Source: Synechococcus sp.
GTDB taxonomy: Bacteria > Cyanobacteriota > Cyanobacteriia > Thermostichales > PCC-7336
Reading direction: 5' to 3'
NCBI GenBank assembly: GCA_051439605.1
Contig: JBFRWN010000070.1
Span: forward strand, 16,168-80,167
Length of the DNA stretch: 64,000 nucleotides
Below are positions 61,886 through 64,000 of this stretch, in pieces. Each line of letters starts with the position of its first letter. Position 1 is the first letter of the stretch. The translations under genes were made by a program, and so were the position numbers. Below the pieces are notes generated by a model, which saw nothing but the letters and a program-made list of their open reading frames with translations, did not search any database and was not told the origin of the DNA.

Positions 61886-63980
61886 GGGGTTTGAGTAGTT
61901 TTGGAACAGAAAACTACGCTAAGGCTGAAAGTTTTACCTAGACTGAGTTTCAGGCGAAATAATCATCGAATTCACGAAGAGGACGTACGCCACCTTGCTT
62001 GAGTTTCTCCTCCAGCTCGAAGTGGTAGCGCCCTAGCACGTTGATATGGGCATAACCAAGCGGGGATAACCGGGCGATATCTGTGGGCAACACTTCCACC
62101 CCCTGCTGGCGCAGGTAGTCGAGAGCCCTATTCATGTAAAAGGTATTCCAGAGGATCAGAGCGTTCACCACCAATCCGAGAGCATTGAGCTGATCCTCCT
62201 GACCCTCCCGATAGCGCTGGCGAATCTCCCCCTTGCGCCCGTAACAGACAACCCGAGCGAGACTGTGACGTCCTTCCCCTCGATTGAGCTGAGTCAGAAT
62301 GCGACGTCGATAGGCTTCATCATCGACATAATTGAGCAAATACAACGTCTTGGCCACGCGCCCTAATTCTCGAATGGCCTTGCCCAAGGCTGAAGGTCTG
62401 CCACCCCTTTGCAGGACTGGCACGATCTCTGCAGCACTGATGTGACCGAGCTTGAGAGAGCCCGCACACCGCAACATGTCATCCCAGTGTTCCTCAATCA
62501 AGGCCGTTTTTACCCGCTGACGAGCAAGCCCATCAAGAACTCCATAATCAGCCTGCGGATCCAACCGCCAGAACCGAGCCGCCCCAACATCGGCCAAGCG
62601 AGGGCTGAACTGGTAACCCAGCAACCAGAACAAACCAAAAACCAGATCGCTATACCCGGCAGTATCCGTCATCAATTCCCGAGGCTCCAGGCTGGTTTTC
62701 TGTTCCAAAAGACCCACCAATACAACAAGAGAATCTCGTAGAGTTCCCGTCACCACCAGGCCGTGAAACCCCGTGAACTGATCTGAAACGAAGTTGTAGT
62801 AAGTGATCCCGCGACCACGCCCAAAATATTTACTGTTCGGTCCCGCATTGAGAGTGCGCACAGGTACGACAAATCGCAATCCATCCGCAGATGCCACCTC
62901 TCCCCCTCCCCAAACGCGCGCGAGGGATATCCGGCTTTGTGCCTCCACCAAACAAGCATTAGCCGCACTCAAGGTTTCGGGCCGAATGTAGTGTTGCTGC
63001 ATCCAGGCCAAGCGGTGACGATTGAGAGCGGGAATCTCCTTGTGTTGCACAGCGCTCAAGCCAATATTACAAGCCAAGCCAATCAGCACCGCGCAAAGAC
63101 TGATAGAGCGATCTGTGGTTCGTATCCCCTCTTCATGAGCGTGGGTAAATGCATCCAAAAAGCCAGTCCTGGCATGAATTTCCAGAAGTGCTTCGGGGAG
63201 ATCGACGCGAGGCAGCAGTCGCTCAACCTCCTCCTTGAGAATCAACAAGCTTTCAGGTTCTTCGAGCTTGTCCAAGTTGCCGACCGTAAGAGTGTCGCGC
63301 CCCTTTTCCCGCTCGATGCTGACCGCCGAATTGCAGGCCAAATTGTTAGCTGTGCGTTGGTAAGCGTCATCAAGCTGTCGTCTCAAACGCTCTAACTCTC
63401 GAGCTGGATGGGTGGCGAGATTCAAAGTGCGACAAACACGGGCACGCTCGCTTTCCCAGGCTTGCCCCTGCAATAGCTTGGCTTGAGGGTTGCTCCAACG
63501 CACGCTGGGACTAACATACAGCTCGCGACGACGGAGGCCATCAATGAGGCGTTCGAGAACGCAGAACGTATAAGCTTTGCGGTCAATCTGACCATCAGCC
63601 AAGACGATCCAGCGCGACCATCCCCCCATGGGAATCAAGGGAGCATCGGCCATATTAGGCTGACGCTTCCCCTCGATAGAACGGAGAAACTGCACAGCAG
63701 CTAGGAGCGGTCGTCCCGCCTTAGTTGTCTCAAATTCGATAGTGTCGAGCAACAGAGGCAAAAATCGCCGTACCGAGCGCCATCGACTTAAAACCTCTGG
63801 GTAGTACTGGTCGTCAGGCGGTCTGGCCAAATCTTCTACCCGAGCAACGGCTGTTTCCAGCTGCTCTTGCGGAATTTGTGCGAAGACAGTCTTACGAACT
63901 TGGGCATCTCTGCAATTCTCATCCAGCAGAACGCTGCAGGCAGCACTCAGTTTTAACGCCGCCGAGTCAAGGTCTTGGAG
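61886..63980 (-). mobile_element. Tn3-family transposon, one end (38-bp inverted repeat at 61886-61923)
   Basis: GGGGTTTGAGTAGTTTTGGAACAGAAAACTACGCTAAG matches the GGGG...ACGCTAAG Tn3 end pattern and lies just downstream of tnpA. Confidence 0.92.
61950..63980 (-). CDS. tnpA: Tn3-family transposase, C-terminal part (5' end missing)
   Basis: DDE segments ASADGLRF, MTDTAGYS and LNRGEGRH; RLSPLG..HINVLGRY.F. Confidence 0.95.
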   Translation of the reverse strand, partial: LQDLDSAALKLSAACSVLLDENCRDAQVRKTVFAQIPQEQLETAVARVEDLARPPDDQYYPEVLSRWRSVRRFLPLLLDTIEFETTKAGRPLLAAVQFLRSIEGKRQPNMADAPLIPMGGWSRWIVLADGQIDRKAYTFCVLERLIDGLRRRELYVSPSVRWSNPQAKLLQGQAWESERARVCRTLNLATHPARELERLRRQLDDAYQRTANNLACNSAVSIEREKGRDTLTVGNLDKLEEPESLLILKEEVERLLPRVDLPEALLEIHARTGFLDAFTHAHEEGIRTTDRSISLCAVLIGLACNIGLSAVQHKEIPALNRHRLAWMQQHYIRPETLSAANACLVEAQSRISLARVWGGGEVASADGLRFVVPVRTLNAGPNSKYFGRGRGITYYNFVSDQFTGFHGLVVTGTLRDSLVVLVGLLEQKTSLEPRELMTDTAGYSDLVFGLFWLLGYQFSPRLADVGAARFWRLDPQADYGVLDGLARQRVKTALIEEHWDDMLRCAGSLKLGHISAAEIVPVLQRGGRPSALGKAIRELGRVAKTLYLLNYVDDEAYRRRILTQLNRGEGRHSLARVVCYGRKGEIRQRYREGQEDQLNALGLVVNALILWNTFYMNRALDYLRQQGVEVLPTDIARLSPLGYAHINVLGRYHFELEEKLKQGGVRPLREFDDYFA

Positions 63981-64000
63981 CTGTCTCTTATACACATCTC
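63981..64000 (+). other. Nextera / Tn5 mosaic-end adapter sequence (technical artefact)
   Basis: CTGTCTCTTATACACATCT(C) is an exact match to the 19-bp mosaic end. Confidence 0.95.

Noticed and set aside
63981..63999. Genuine IS50/Tn5 end
   Set aside because: It is the synthetic mosaic end at the extreme terminus, interrupting a Tn3 tnpA, which is typical of library adapter carry-over.

Overview
Cyanobacterial chromosomal segment: form IB rbcL-rbcX-rbcS, CpcD and cyAbrB domains, a cyanobacteriochrome kinase and dense HIP1 (GCGATCGC) octamers. Most of it is housekeeping (trpA, gpsA, nadA, nadB, purS/purQ, ispE, pgi, heme oxygenase, nagZ/anmK, cobA-hemD, ctaA/ctaB, RuBisCO), mixed with signalling genes and an exosortase O / PEP-CTERM pair. 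The strongest unexplained signal is at 7523-9886: seven exact copies of the 13-mer ATAGTCCAGATAA, all intergenic, three forward and four reverse. They converge on a central 13-7-13 inverted repeat inside an ORF-poor gap of about 930 bp and bracket a DUF429 predicted-nuclease gene and a USP gene. The right end holds a decayed Lon-like protease gene and an IS5-family element interrupted by a Tn3-family transposon. The last 20 bases are an untrimmed Nextera/Tn5 adapter, which creates a false start for the transposase ORF. I found no rRNA, tRNA or CRISPR array. All calls come from reading the sequence by eye; no searches were run.
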